The notes beneath the pieces are model-generated. The model ran no database searches, was not told the origin of the DNA, and was given only the letters and a program-made list of their open reading frames with translations. Positions 37,068-46,323 of a DNA stretch of 64,000 bases are shown piece after piece. A program made the translations under genes and the position numbers. The DNA is from Desulfurivibrionaceae bacterium. Its GTDB lineage: Bacteria > Desulfobacterota > Desulfobulbia > Desulfobulbales > SURF-16. The stretch is from contig JBKHJR010000001.1 of the NCBI GenBank assembly GCA_046537975.1, positions 688-64,687 on the forward strand. The letters run 5' to 3'. Position 1 is the stretch's first letter. Every line of letters starts with the position of its first letter.

Positions 37068-38369
37068 TCACCCTGCTTTTTCCAGTTTCTCAAACTTCTC
37101 CCGGTGCCTGCAGGGATATTGAGGATCAAATTTCGCAAACCCCTCTTTCAGCAAGTGAGCATTGATGAAGGTTTTGTTCTTCATATATACATAAGCCATA
37201 AGCCGGTTTGAATCGTCATATTTAGCCTCATCATATTTCAGGAAAACAGGACGGCGTAGAATTTTATTGGTAAGAAAACGCCGGGCGCTTTCGGCCTTTT
37301 GCTGTTTTGGTTTGATCCCGATCAACCGTACAATAAGATCATTGTTGAGTTTAATAATGTTGGTCTCCAGAATTTCTTTGACGGTATAGTAGTCTTCCCG
37401 CTTAGTGCCTTTCCTGCCGTCTTCCAGGCTGATTTTTGAGCCGAATTTCAGCTTATTGGGATCAATCTTTTTATCAAAGCTGACCGGATCTCGAAAGATA
37501 TAAGGCTGGTTCCCAACCTCCGCCTTCCAATCCGGAGTTGGCAGCTCCTGATGTTTGATATTCAGTACAAAATCACTGAACAGCAGATTCTTCTGCGGTT
37601 TTAACTTCTCGTCGATTACCGGCTCAACTTCCGGGTTGATTTCATAGCCGATGGAATTCCGGTGGGAGGCGATAGCGGCCAGGGAGGTGGTGCCGCTGCC
37701 AAGGAAAGGATCCAATACTGTTTCGCCGACAAAAGTGAACATTTCTATAGCCCGTTTGGGCAGTTCGACCGGGAACATGGCGATATGCCCTTTCTGCCTG
37801 GCTCCGTTGAAGTACCAATGTCCCGAAAAATACTCCTTCCACTTCTCCTTGGGGATAATTGATTGTTCTTTGATCTCTTTGCTAACTCCCGGTGGCTTCC
37901 CCGGTTTTTTAAATATGAGAATAAACTCATAATCGATCTCGATAATCCCGTTTCTGGGATAAGGATAGGAACCCATAACCGTGGCACCGCCGGTTGTATT
38001 CATCGTCGTCTTTTTTTGCCAGATTATGGCTCCCATATAGTCAAATCCCATGGTTTCACAGAATTTGATAATTTCCGTCCGGATCGGGATTACTTTATAG
38101 CGGCCGTAATAGACAGCTCTTGCGAATTGGTCGCCGATATTGACCAGCATACGGCAGCCCGGATGAAGAACCCGATAGCATTCCTTCCATACCAGGTTTA
38201 AGTTATTGATATAAGCTTCATAGGAGTTATTGAAGCCGATCTGGTCTTCTGAGCCGTAATCCTTTAGCTGCCAGTAAGGAGGGGAGGTGACTACAAGATG
38301 AACGGAAGAGTTGTCCAACTCAACCATCTTTCTCGAATCTCCAATAATGCAAGTATGTTTCGTTCTCAT
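37068..38369 (-). CDS. beta-class N4-cytosine/N6-adenine DNA methyltransferase with C-terminal degenerate SNase-like (thermonuclease-fold) domain
   Basis: Motif IV VVTSPPYW lies near the N-terminus and motif I VLDPFLGSGTTSLAA follows later, which is the beta permutation. S-P-P-Y favours N4-cytosine. The C-terminal ~140 aa (IVRLIGIKPKQQKAESARRFL...PVFLKYD...DDSNRLMAYVYMKNKTFINAHLLKEGFAKF) follow the SNase pattern, but with the DGDT and DAPE catalytic positions replaced. Confidence 0.8.
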   Translation of the reverse strand: MRTKHTCIIGDSRKMVELDNSSVHLVVTSPPYWQLKDYGSEDQIGFNNSYEAYINNLNLVWKECYRVLHPGCRMLVNIGDQFARAVYYGRYKVIPIRTEIIKFCETMGFDYMGAIIWQKKTTMNTTGGATVMGSYPYPRNGIIEIDYEFILIFKKPGKPPGVSKEIKEQSIIPKEKWKEYFSGHWYFNGARQKGHIAMFPVELPKRAIEMFTFVGETVLDPFLGSGTTSLAAIASHRNSIGYEINPEVEPVIDEKLKPQKNLLFSDFVLNIKHQELPTPDWKAEVGNQPYIFRDPVSFDKKIDPNKLKFGSKISLEDGRKGTKREDYYTVKEILETNIIKLNNDLIVRLIGIKPKQQKAESARRFLTNKILRRPVFLKYDEAKYDDSNRLMAYVYMKNKTFINAHLLKEGFAKFDPQYPCRHREKFEKLEKAG

Positions 38370-38648
38370 TGCATTCTCTTACGTATTAAAATTGACTATC
38401 AAAGCAGGTACTGGGGGTGAATTTCTATATTGTCCCACTATTAAATCATGAAAAATTCCCTCATACCATTTGCCGGTTCCTACAGAGATTTGAATATGAT
38501 AATACATCAAACTAATGACAGGGAAACCTCGGTTACTCATAGAGTATGAACATTATCGGAATACCTAACGTATTTTCCACCAAAAATCAAAAAAAGTATA
38601 GAGAATAGGATTAAACCTGGAAGATTCGGCTACCCCGATAAGATGTTC

Positions 38649-38657
38649 TGGTATAAT
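38649..38657 (+). promoter_or_regulatory. candidate extended -10 promoter element (TGgTATAAT) facing the DksA/TraR-like gene
   Basis: ctggtataatag is a perfect TGnTATAAT in AT-rich spacer ~220 nt upstream of the 38877 start. The -35 region (gctacc) is poor. This is sequence pattern only. Confidence 0.3.
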
Positions 38658-38876
38658 AGTATTATTTCAACTACTTAAAGAGGGTGTGTCGTAAAGAATT
38701 ATTTAAGAGCTTCCTCGCCGGACGCCTTCGTCATTGCTGCTGAAGCAAAAACTGACAGGAATCAGAATTACGAGCCATAAGATTAGATAGTTCGGTTTTT
38801 TTGTTTTTATGGTATGACGAGATCAGTAATTAGATGGACTATCCTAAAATAATAAATAACCAAGCGTAAAAATATC

Positions 38877-39230
38877 ATGCGTGATGACATTGATCTGGAT
38901 TATTATCAAAAATGTCTTGAGGATCGCCTTGCAGCCATAACCGCCGGCCAGGAAAGCCGGGCCCAGGATGCGACGTCTGCGGAACTGGACCAGACCCGGA
39001 TAGGACGCCTGTCGCGTATGGACGCCATGCAGCAGCGGGCCATGTCCGATGCTGCCGTCCGCCTGGAAGACCTGGAGCGGCAGCGGATCAGGACCGCGCT
39101 TGGCCGCATTAAAGCCGGGGAATACGGCTATTGTGTGGTCTGTGAAGATGAAATCGCTGAGGGGCGCCTGCAGTTTGATCCCAGTGTGCTGACCTGCATC
39201 TCCTGTGCCCAGAAGGCTGAAGAAAAATAA
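38877..39230 (+). CDS. TraR/DksA family C4-type zinc finger protein
   Basis: C-terminal CVVCEDEIAEGRLQFDPSVLTCISC (CxxC-N17-CxxC), preceded by a coiled-coil region with LDQTRIGRLSRMDAMQQ. Confidence 0.8.
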   Translation: MRDDIDLDYYQKCLEDRLAAITAGQESRAQDATSAELDQTRIGRLSRMDAMQQRAMSDAAVRLEDLERQRIRTALGRIKAGEYGYCVVCEDEIAEGRLQFDPSVLTCISCAQKAEEK

Positions 39231-39262
39231 GACATTCCCTCCCTTAAGCCCCTTTCAGCGGG

Positions 39263-40762
39263 TCAGGAGTCCTGGCCTTTATCCACATTGGCCAGAAAAG
39301 TCTCCACCAGATTGGGATCAAAAGAGGTCCCGGCATTGTCCCGGATATACTGCACCACCTTTTCCCGGGGCCAGGCCTCGTGGTACCTCCTTTTTACCCG
39401 GAGAGCATCCCAGTTATCCGCCATGGAGAAGATCCTGGCGGCAAGGGGTATTTCTTCTTCCCGCAGTCCCCGGGGATAACCGGTGCCATCCCATTTTTCA
39501 TGGTGGCAGTAAGGGATATCGAGCGCCGGTCGAAGGTAGGCGATGGAGGACAGCACTTTAAAGGCGTATACCGGATGTTTTTTCATGGTCTCCTCCTCTT
39601 CCGGAGTAAGCGGGCCGTCTTTAAAAAGTATGGAGTCAGGGATGCCCATTTTGCCGATATCGTGCAGCAGCGCACCCCGGCGCATATGGACTATTTCCTC
39701 CTCTTTTATGCCATAGGCCCTGGCCACCCGCACGGTAATTTCCGCGACCCGCTGGGTATGTCCCTCGGTTTCACTGTCTCGAAGTTCGAGGGCCCGTCCC
39801 CAGCCCTCAATGGTGGAATCGTAGGCGATCACCAGCTCGGTGTTGGAGGTCTGGAGTTCCTTGAACAGGGTTGCATTATCAATGGCAATGGCTCCCTGTA
39901 CAGACAGGGCTTCCAGGAATTCCAGCCTTTCTTCACTGGGGCAGAGTTTCTCTTTGTTGAAAATTTCCATCACTCCTTTCACTTTTCCCTTGGCTATGAG
40001 GGGAAGGGCACAGTAACTGTTGAAGTTTTCCCGGGCGATTAATTCCTTACGGGAAAAATCAATCTCCGGATTGCTCAGGTCATTTATCTGGACCCTGCGC
40101 CTCTCCAGAGCCGCGGTCCCGGCAGGTCCGGTGCCGACTCTGATCCGGGAATCCTGGATGAGGAGGGTGTTGAAGCCCAGGCCTGCTTCATATTCAAGAA
40201 TCTGGGTATAAGGATTCAGGAGAAGGATAGAGGCGGCATCGATTTCAAGCTTCGGGAGTATCTGTTCGAGGAAAATCTTGATGATTACTTTCAGGTCCAG
40301 ATTAGAGGTTATCATCAGATCTATATTGTGCAGGGTCGCAAAATACTGCATCCTGATATGTGCTTTGTCTTCCGCCAGCCGGCGGGCTTCGTTCTCTTCT
40401 TCCAGTCTGGCGTTGGTGGCGGTCAGGGTTTTGTTGATGTCGCTGATCTCTACTTCTTTTTCCAGGATCGTGTTGATAGTTATTCCGGTAAGCCTTATGA
40501 CCAGGAAAACAAAAATCGAGCCGCCCAGAAAGACAACGCTGGTCAACAGTTCCAGGGGGAATCTGAGCTCAAGTATCTGAATAAGTATAAATAAGAGGTA
40601 GCCGATCAGGAAGAAGAAAATCAGATAGGTCATTGCAGACCATTTGCCCCGCAGAATATCCGGGAGTGTCCTGTTCATGTAAATACATTTCACCAGTGAG
40701 GCGAGCATGAACAAAACGCCGGGTAAGACAAGCAGTATGGATAAAAGCTTTATTGAGACCAT
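39263..40762 (-). CDS. membrane-anchored GAF + HD-GYP domain protein (putative c-di-GMP phosphodiesterase)
   Basis: N-terminal TM helices and a coiled coil are followed by a GAF-like region and HD-GYP motifs: GHTQRVAEI, LLHDIGKMGIPD, HHEKWDGTGYPRGL. Confidence 0.85.
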   Translation of the reverse strand: MVSIKLLSILLVLPGVLFMLASLVKCIYMNRTLPDILRGKWSAMTYLIFFFLIGYLLFILIQILELRFPLELLTSVVFLGGSIFVFLVIRLTGITINTILEKEVEISDINKTLTATNARLEEENEARRLAEDKAHIRMQYFATLHNIDLMITSNLDLKVIIKIFLEQILPKLEIDAASILLLNPYTQILEYEAGLGFNTLLIQDSRIRVGTGPAGTAALERRRVQINDLSNPEIDFSRKELIARENFNSYCALPLIAKGKVKGVMEIFNKEKLCPSEERLEFLEALSVQGAIAIDNATLFKELQTSNTELVIAYDSTIEGWGRALELRDSETEGHTQRVAEITVRVARAYGIKEEEIVHMRRGALLHDIGKMGIPDSILFKDGPLTPEEEETMKKHPVYAFKVLSSIAYLRPALDIPYCHHEKWDGTGYPRGLREEEIPLAARIFSMADNWDALRVKRRYHEAWPREKVVQYIRDNAGTSFDPNLVETFLANVDKGQDS

Positions 40763-40906
40763 CTCGATTTCTCCTTAAGTACAACGGGCCGGATAAAAGG
40801 CATAAGAGTACTTACTCATAGCTGAAGGCGCTTAGCCTGATATGGATAAAGTGGCGGCATCGCCGTTTTGCGGCAGGCTAGGGAGCCGATCACCGGACGA
40901 CGGTTT

Positions 40907-41305
40907 TTAAGAAGATTTTGAAACAAAATCACGGGCTATTTCAGCTACCTGGGGGTCCTCGTCTTCAACCAGAGGCTCCAGGGCCCTAAGTGCCTGATCG
41001 GAGCCGATAATTCCCAGGATATTGGCGGCCTCGCCCCGGACATAAGCCGGTGTGGAGGAGGAGAGCAGCGGCAGGAGAAGCGGAACAGCCAGTTCCGCTT
41101 CCCGGGGACGGGACCGGCTCAGCTCTTCAAAGAGGACCGAGACTCCGAGACGGACCATAAAACGTTCGTCTTTTAATAGTTCGCCGACCAGGGAGTAGTA
41201 GCTGGCATCAGCCTTGAACATGGAGATAATGTTTTCCACCAGGCCTTGTTCCAGGAAGTCGGCGATAACAGTGACCATATCCCGGTCGCTTACTTGCTCA
41301 GTCAT
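40907..41305 (-). CDS. HEAT-repeat protein
   Basis: 132 aa with repeated helical units ending ...VRGEAANILGIIGSDQALRALEPLVEDEDPQVAEIA (PBS-lyase/HEAT-like). It starts 2 nt after the copB stop. Confidence 0.6.
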   Translation of the reverse strand: MTEQVSDRDMVTVIADFLEQGLVENIISMFKADASYYSLVGELLKDERFMVRLGVSVLFEELSRSRPREAELAVPLLLPLLSSSTPAYVRGEAANILGIIGSDQALRALEPLVEDEDPQVAEIARDFVSKSS

Positions 41306-41307
41306 AT

Positions 41308-42111
41308 TTAAAACCAGAATTTCAGCCCGGCTACCAGGGAAGTCTTATCCACATCCCCGCCCTCAGCTTCAATAAGATTTTCAGTTTCACCTATCTTGCG
41401 CATATAGGAGACACCGATATACGGGGCCAGTTTCCGGCTGATCTCGTAACGAAGACGGGCTCCCAGGACAAGATCGTTTATTCCGGAACCGATATTGCGT
41501 TCTTCCACTTCCTGGACCGCCATGCCGATTTCCAGGCGGGGCTGCAGGATCAGACGCTGGGTGAGCAGGATGTCGTATTCTGCTTCCAAGGCGGCTGAAA
41601 TATCACCGTCCTCACTGAGGTAGGCGGTGGCGTCTATCTCGAACCAATAAGGCGCCATTCCCTCCAGACCCAGGGCGGCAAAGCTGCGGCTTGGTCCCGG
41701 TTCGAAGTCATGGCGCAGGCCGACCTGCAGGTCCCAGAAACTGTGGATGTTGCGGTTGTAGAAGATTTCCAGCACGGATTCCTCGATTTCATCTCTGTCT
41801 GCTATCTTTTCACCCTCGCTTTCCAGGGCGATTTTGTTGTAGTCATTACCAATCCAGGCCCGGACGTCCCAGACTATGATATCATCGCCTTCCCTGGCCT
41901 GATATTCAAGGCGGTCGGCATTGAAAGTATAAAAAATCTGATTGTCATGGACGGGCGAGGACTGGAAATCTCCCGGCGGAGCGGCCCGGGAATATTTGCG
42001 GATATTTTTATCTTCCGAGCTTAAATCTCCGCCTTCCTGCGGCGTAGAAGAGGAGGCGAAAACAGCAGCCGGGAAGAGGATCAAAAGCGCTGCCACTAAT
42101 ATTTTTTTCAT
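41308..42111 (-). CDS. copB: copper resistance protein B (CopB/PcoB outer-membrane protein)
   Basis: Signal peptide MKKILVAALLILFPAAVFA. The RLEYQAREGDDIIVWDVRAWIGNDYNKI... pattern and the terminal beta-strand ending LKFWF are present. AAGGAG lies 5 nt upstream of the Met at 42111. Confidence 0.8.
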   Translation of the reverse strand: MKKILVAALLILFPAAVFASSSTPQEGGDLSSEDKNIRKYSRAAPPGDFQSSPVHDNQIFYTFNADRLEYQAREGDDIIVWDVRAWIGNDYNKIALESEGEKIADRDEIEESVLEIFYNRNIHSFWDLQVGLRHDFEPGPSRSFAALGLEGMAPYWFEIDATAYLSEDGDISAALEAEYDILLTQRLILQPRLEIGMAVQEVEERNIGSGINDLVLGARLRYEISRKLAPYIGVSYMRKIGETENLIEAEGGDVDKTSLVAGLKFWF

Positions 42112-42127
42112 CTCATCTCCTTTTTGA

Positions 42128-43888
42128 TCAGGCAACCCTCACCACCTGAAACATTCCGGCTTCCATGTGGTAGAGCAGATGGCAGTGAAAGGCCCAATCC
42201 CCTTTTTCAATAGGAGTGATAAGGGCTGACAGATACTCCCCCGGCTTGACCAGAACGGTGTGTTTGAAAGGTAGCTTGTCGGCACCGTTTTCAAGCTGCA
42301 TCCACATGCCGTGCAGATGGATGGGGTGGTCCATCATGGTATGGTTGACCAGGTAGAGCCGGAGCCGCTCCCGGTACTTAAAGTTGTAGGGCCCGGGATG
42401 TTCGCTGAACTTCTTGCCGTCAAAGGAGAACATGTATCTCTCCATATTGGCGGTGATATTGATGGTCATTTCCCGGTCGGCTTTTTCCTGGTATGGCTGA
42501 GGTTCTACCGATTCCAGGTCTTTGTAGGTCAGGACCTTCCAGCCGTCCTCTCCCTGGCCGAGGCCCGGTTCATCCAGCCGGAATCTGGGGTTGGGGATAA
42601 CCATGGCCACATTGCTTTTGTTTTTATCCGGAACAAAAGGTTCAGGACCCTGGGGCCCCGGCAGGTCGGGATCATCCTTGATTCCAGATTCCATCTTATG
42701 ACCGCCGTGTTCCATGTTGCCATGATCCATCCCCCCCATCATGCCGCCCATGCCTATATCTTCCAGCTTGCGGACCGGCCGGGGCCGGAGTTCGGGAACC
42801 GGGGCCTCGAGACCGGGCTCCGGCGCCAGGGTTGCCCGGCCGTAACCACTGCGGTCGCTTGATTCAGCAAAAATGGTAAAAGGTTTGTCCTCTCCGGGCC
42901 TAACCAGAACGTCATAGGTTTCAGCCACCCCGATCCGGAATTCATGGGCCGTGACAGGCTTGACGTTTTTGCCGTCCGCTTGAACCACAGTCAGGTCCAG
43001 ACCCGGGATCCGGACATCGAAGTTGGTCATGGCAGAGGCGTTTATCACCCGCAGGCGTATTGTTTCACCGGGATCGAACAGTCCGGTCCAGTTCATGTCC
43101 GGGGAGTTGCCGTTTATCAGGTAGGTATAGGTTGCCCCGGTGACATCAGCCAGATCAACCGGGCTCATCCTCATCTTTCCCCAGGCCAGGCGGGGAGCCA
43201 GGGCCTGTTTGAAACCTTTTTCTTCGATGTCTTCCAGGAAATCAGGCAAAGTCCGGCGCTGATAGTTGTAGTAGTGCCCCATCAGGTTGATGTTGCGGAA
43301 GATGGTTTCCGGGGCTTCAAAAGACCAGTCCGAAAGGACCAGGACATGTTCCCGGTCATAGGAAAACGGTTCCGGGTCCTTGGGGTCGATGATCAGGGGG
43401 CCATAGCTGCCGGACTGCTCCTGGAGAAAGGAATGGCTGTGATACCAGTAGGTCCCTGCCTGCTTGATCCTGTACTGGTACTTATAGGTTTCTCCCGGAG
43501 GAATACCGCGGAAATTTACTCCCGGCACCCCGTCCATGGGGAAGGGCACCAGAATGCCGTGCCAGTGGATGGAACTGTGCACAGTGTCCGGCATGGCGTT
43601 GGTGACATTGAGCGTTACCCGGTCTCCTTCCCGCAGGCGGACCAGAGGGCCGGGTACTGTCCCGTTTATCCCGGTTGATCTCCCCTGGCGGCCGTCGATG
43701 GTAATAGGATAATAGCCGATTTTAAGGTTGTATACCCTGTCGGATTCAATCCCGTCGATCCCTCTGGCAGCGCTTTCCGCCCAGGCTGGCAGCGGCAGAG
43801 CCATTTTCAGGCCGGTGAGAAAAATCCCTGCCCCGGCTGCCTTTATAAATTGACGGCGGTTAAGGTCTTGATCTATCGTTGTCATCAA
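42128..43888 (-). CDS. copA: copper resistance multicopper oxidase CopA/PcoA
   Basis: Tat signal NRRQFIKAAGAG. Copper-site motifs are HWHG, WYHSH, HPIHLHG and HCHLLYHMEAGM. A Met/His/Gly-rich loop GMGGMMGGMDHGNMEHGGHKM is present. Confidence 0.9.
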   Translation of the reverse strand: MMTTIDQDLNRRQFIKAAGAGIFLTGLKMALPLPAWAESAARGIDGIESDRVYNLKIGYYPITIDGRQGRSTGINGTVPGPLVRLREGDRVTLNVTNAMPDTVHSSIHWHGILVPFPMDGVPGVNFRGIPPGETYKYQYRIKQAGTYWYHSHSFLQEQSGSYGPLIIDPKDPEPFSYDREHVLVLSDWSFEAPETIFRNINLMGHYYNYQRRTLPDFLEDIEEKGFKQALAPRLAWGKMRMSPVDLADVTGATYTYLINGNSPDMNWTGLFDPGETIRLRVINASAMTNFDVRIPGLDLTVVQADGKNVKPVTAHEFRIGVAETYDVLVRPGEDKPFTIFAESSDRSGYGRATLAPEPGLEAPVPELRPRPVRKLEDIGMGGMMGGMDHGNMEHGGHKMESGIKDDPDLPGPQGPEPFVPDKNKSNVAMVIPNPRFRLDEPGLGQGEDGWKVLTYKDLESVEPQPYQEKADREMTINITANMERYMFSFDGKKFSEHPGPYNFKYRERLRLYLVNHTMMDHPIHLHGMWMQLENGADKLPFKHTVLVKPGEYLSALITPIEKGDWAFHCHLLYHMEAGMFQVVRVA

Positions 43889-44311
43889 AATTCACCCTTC
43901 TTTATGACAGAAATAAGCACCGTTTAAACTGTAGGGCAGGTTGTCTGCCGGTCCAGGACGGAAGGATCTTTACTGTTTTATTATAAGCTATGGGAAATCA
44001 GGGGAGTTGTCAAACATATATTGTCTTGGAAAGGCTTGGGAAACAGGGATGTACTTGTTATTTGTTTGCTGCTATTATGGTTAATTTCCGGGTATGGACT
44101 TTATGGCAAAAAGTTTTTGTTACAAAATAAAGCATCCGGGTAAGCCTGATAACCTGCTTTTCTTTAAGGAGCAGGCACGTTTTTAAGTTTATATCCCCCC
44201 TTTGGCCCGGCAAACCAGCCAGGCAGCAGGATTGACCTTGAATCGGGAAGAGATTCCTGGTTTGTGATACTGAATAGTTATAGTTGGTCAGAATTAGGAG
44301 AGCAGTCGATA

Positions 44312-45202
44312 ATGGACCATGAATGGTTTTCTTTAAGTATTGCCTGTGCTTTCAGTCTGGCATCGGCGGATGCCTGTGCCAAGAAATTTTTTTCAGACTG
44401 CAGCCCCTGGGTAATGGTGTTGATAAGATTCGGGGTCCCGGCCGTTCTCCTGTCCCCTTTTACCCTCCTTTGCCCTCTTCCGGCGGTACCCCCTGTCTTC
44501 TGGGTCTGGATCGCCCTCCTGGTGCCCTTGGAGATCCTGGCCATGTGGCTTTATATGTCAGCCATCCGGGACAGCCCGCTTTATCTTACTCTTCCCTATC
44601 TGGCCTTTACCCCGGTATTTAATATCCTGACCGGGTACCTTGTCCTTGCCGAGAGGGTGAGCTGGACCGGCTCTGCAGGAATAATTCTGGTGGTGGCAGG
44701 GGCTTATTCCCTCAATCTCAAGCAGACTTCATTTATGGGCTGGCGCTCCTGGCTGCTCCCCTTTACCGCCATTTTTCGGGAAAGGGGATCGCGCCTGATG
44801 ATGGGAGTGGCTTTGATCTACAGCCTGACTTCGGTTCTGGGCAAACATGCCATGTCTTATGCTACCCCCCTCAGCTTCGGTCCCTTTTATTTTGTTCTGA
44901 TCGGCTGTGTGATGATAGTAGTCTCGCTTGCGGTCCGGAGGGAGCAGATAAGATCAGGACCGGACCTGCTCCGGCGCTGGCCCGGTCTTTTTCTGGTAGG
45001 AGGCTTTCTGGCGGTTATGGTGATCACCCATTTTACGGCTATCGCTCAGGTGGAGGTGGCTTATTTTATTTCTCTTAAGCGTTCCAGTCTGCTGTTCGGC
45101 ATCCTATATGGAGCCCTCTTTTTCGGGGAACGTTCCGTGGCCCGGCATTTTCTGGCCGGGGGGCTGATGGTGGCCGGTATCATCCTGATCATGACAACTT
45201 AA
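44312..45202 (+). CDS. EamA/DMT family transporter
   Basis: ~10 hydrophobic helices in a duplicated EamA-like arrangement. The start is uncertain: GTG at 44264 or Met at 44312. Confidence 0.7.
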   Translation: MDHEWFSLSIACAFSLASADACAKKFFSDCSPWVMVLIRFGVPAVLLSPFTLLCPLPAVPPVFWVWIALLVPLEILAMWLYMSAIRDSPLYLTLPYLAFTPVFNILTGYLVLAERVSWTGSAGIILVVAGAYSLNLKQTSFMGWRSWLLPFTAIFRERGSRLMMGVALIYSLTSVLGKHAMSYATPLSFGPFYFVLIGCVMIVVSLAVRREQIRSGPDLLRRWPGLFLVGGFLAVMVITHFTAIAQVEVAYFISLKRSSLLFGILYGALFFGERSVARHFLAGGLMVAGIILIMTT

Positions 45203-45377
45203 GTTATACATAACTTCTTGCAATCACCAGACTATTCGCTTATCCTTTAAACAGGATTTAATTGATCCGGAAAACCTCCCTGCCGCGCTAAGAGGTGAGG
45301 ATCGGAAAGTCTTTTGTTATGCTTTAAATCAATTATCCGTATTTCTTTTATTAAAAACTTAAAAAAAGAGGTGGAAT

Positions 45378-46034
45378 ATGAGTGATGATCTACACGGTGC
45401 CATTCTGCAGAGGGACAAGCAGACCTATGCCATAGTGCCCCGCACTCCTTGCGGTATGCTGAACGCTGACGTATTGGAAAAGGTGGCCGAAGTTGTCCGC
45501 AAGTATGAGATCCCGGTAACCAAAATTACTTCCGGACAGCGCCTGGCTCTGGTGGGCTTGAAAAAAGAGGATATTGAACCGGCCTGGCAGGAACTGCAGA
45601 CCGGAATCGGCCGGGCCACGGAGTTGTGCCTTCATTATGTCCAGGCCTGTCCGGGGACAGCGGTCTGCAAGTTTGGTCAGCAGGACTCCCTGGGCCTGGG
45701 CATGGAACTCGAGGAAAGATTTATGGGGCTTGATATGCCGGCCAAGACCAAGATCGGGGTCTCCGGATGCCCGTTCTGCTGCGGGGAAAGCTATGTCCGC
45801 TGCCTCGGGCTGATCGGCAAGAAGTCGGGCTGGATTGTTGTTTTTGGCGGTAATTCCGGAGGCAGGCCCCGGTTCGGTGATGTTATTGCTGAAAATGTCA
45901 GTAAAGATGAGGCTGTTGAATTAGTAGACAGGCTTATCCAGTACTATATAGACAATGGTAAAAAGAAGGAGCGGGCCGCCCGATTTGTTGAGCGGGTAGG
46001 GATCGAGCCTATCAAAAATGCGGTGTTGAAATAA
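45378..46034 (+). CDS. small siroheme/[4Fe-4S] sulfite reductase-type protein (low-molecular-weight assimilatory-type SiR-like)
   Basis: 218 aa. The CPGTAVC (C-x5-C) and CPFCC (C-x3-C) pairs form the sulfite/nitrite reductase cluster-siroheme motif. The size matches the ~24 kDa Desulfovibrio alSiR class. Confidence 0.7.
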   Translation: MSDDLHGAILQRDKQTYAIVPRTPCGMLNADVLEKVAEVVRKYEIPVTKITSGQRLALVGLKKEDIEPAWQELQTGIGRATELCLHYVQACPGTAVCKFGQQDSLGLGMELEERFMGLDMPAKTKIGVSGCPFCCGESYVRCLGLIGKKSGWIVVFGGNSGGRPRFGDVIAENVSKDEAVELVDRLIQYYIDNGKKKERAARFVERVGIEPIKNAVLK

Positions 46035-46323
46035 TACCCGGCCATTCCTGCTGATTTCCGTCGTTACTTATTCGGCGAAAATCAGCAGGACATTACCGGC
46101 TTTTCTCCTCTCCTTTACTTCATATAGAGAACGTGGCAGCTCTTATCGTGCCTGCACGTTATGGTTAGGATAAGTGGCTGAATCGTTCATTTGTTCTTGA
46201 CACGGTCCGCTGATTTTACGAAAATTTATTTAGTCCCGCAAGGGAATTACAGTCAGAACAGAATGCTATCTTAATTATGCTGCTTAAAAGGGCAGGGGGC
46301 TTCTTCTTAAGGAGACAGGATTT

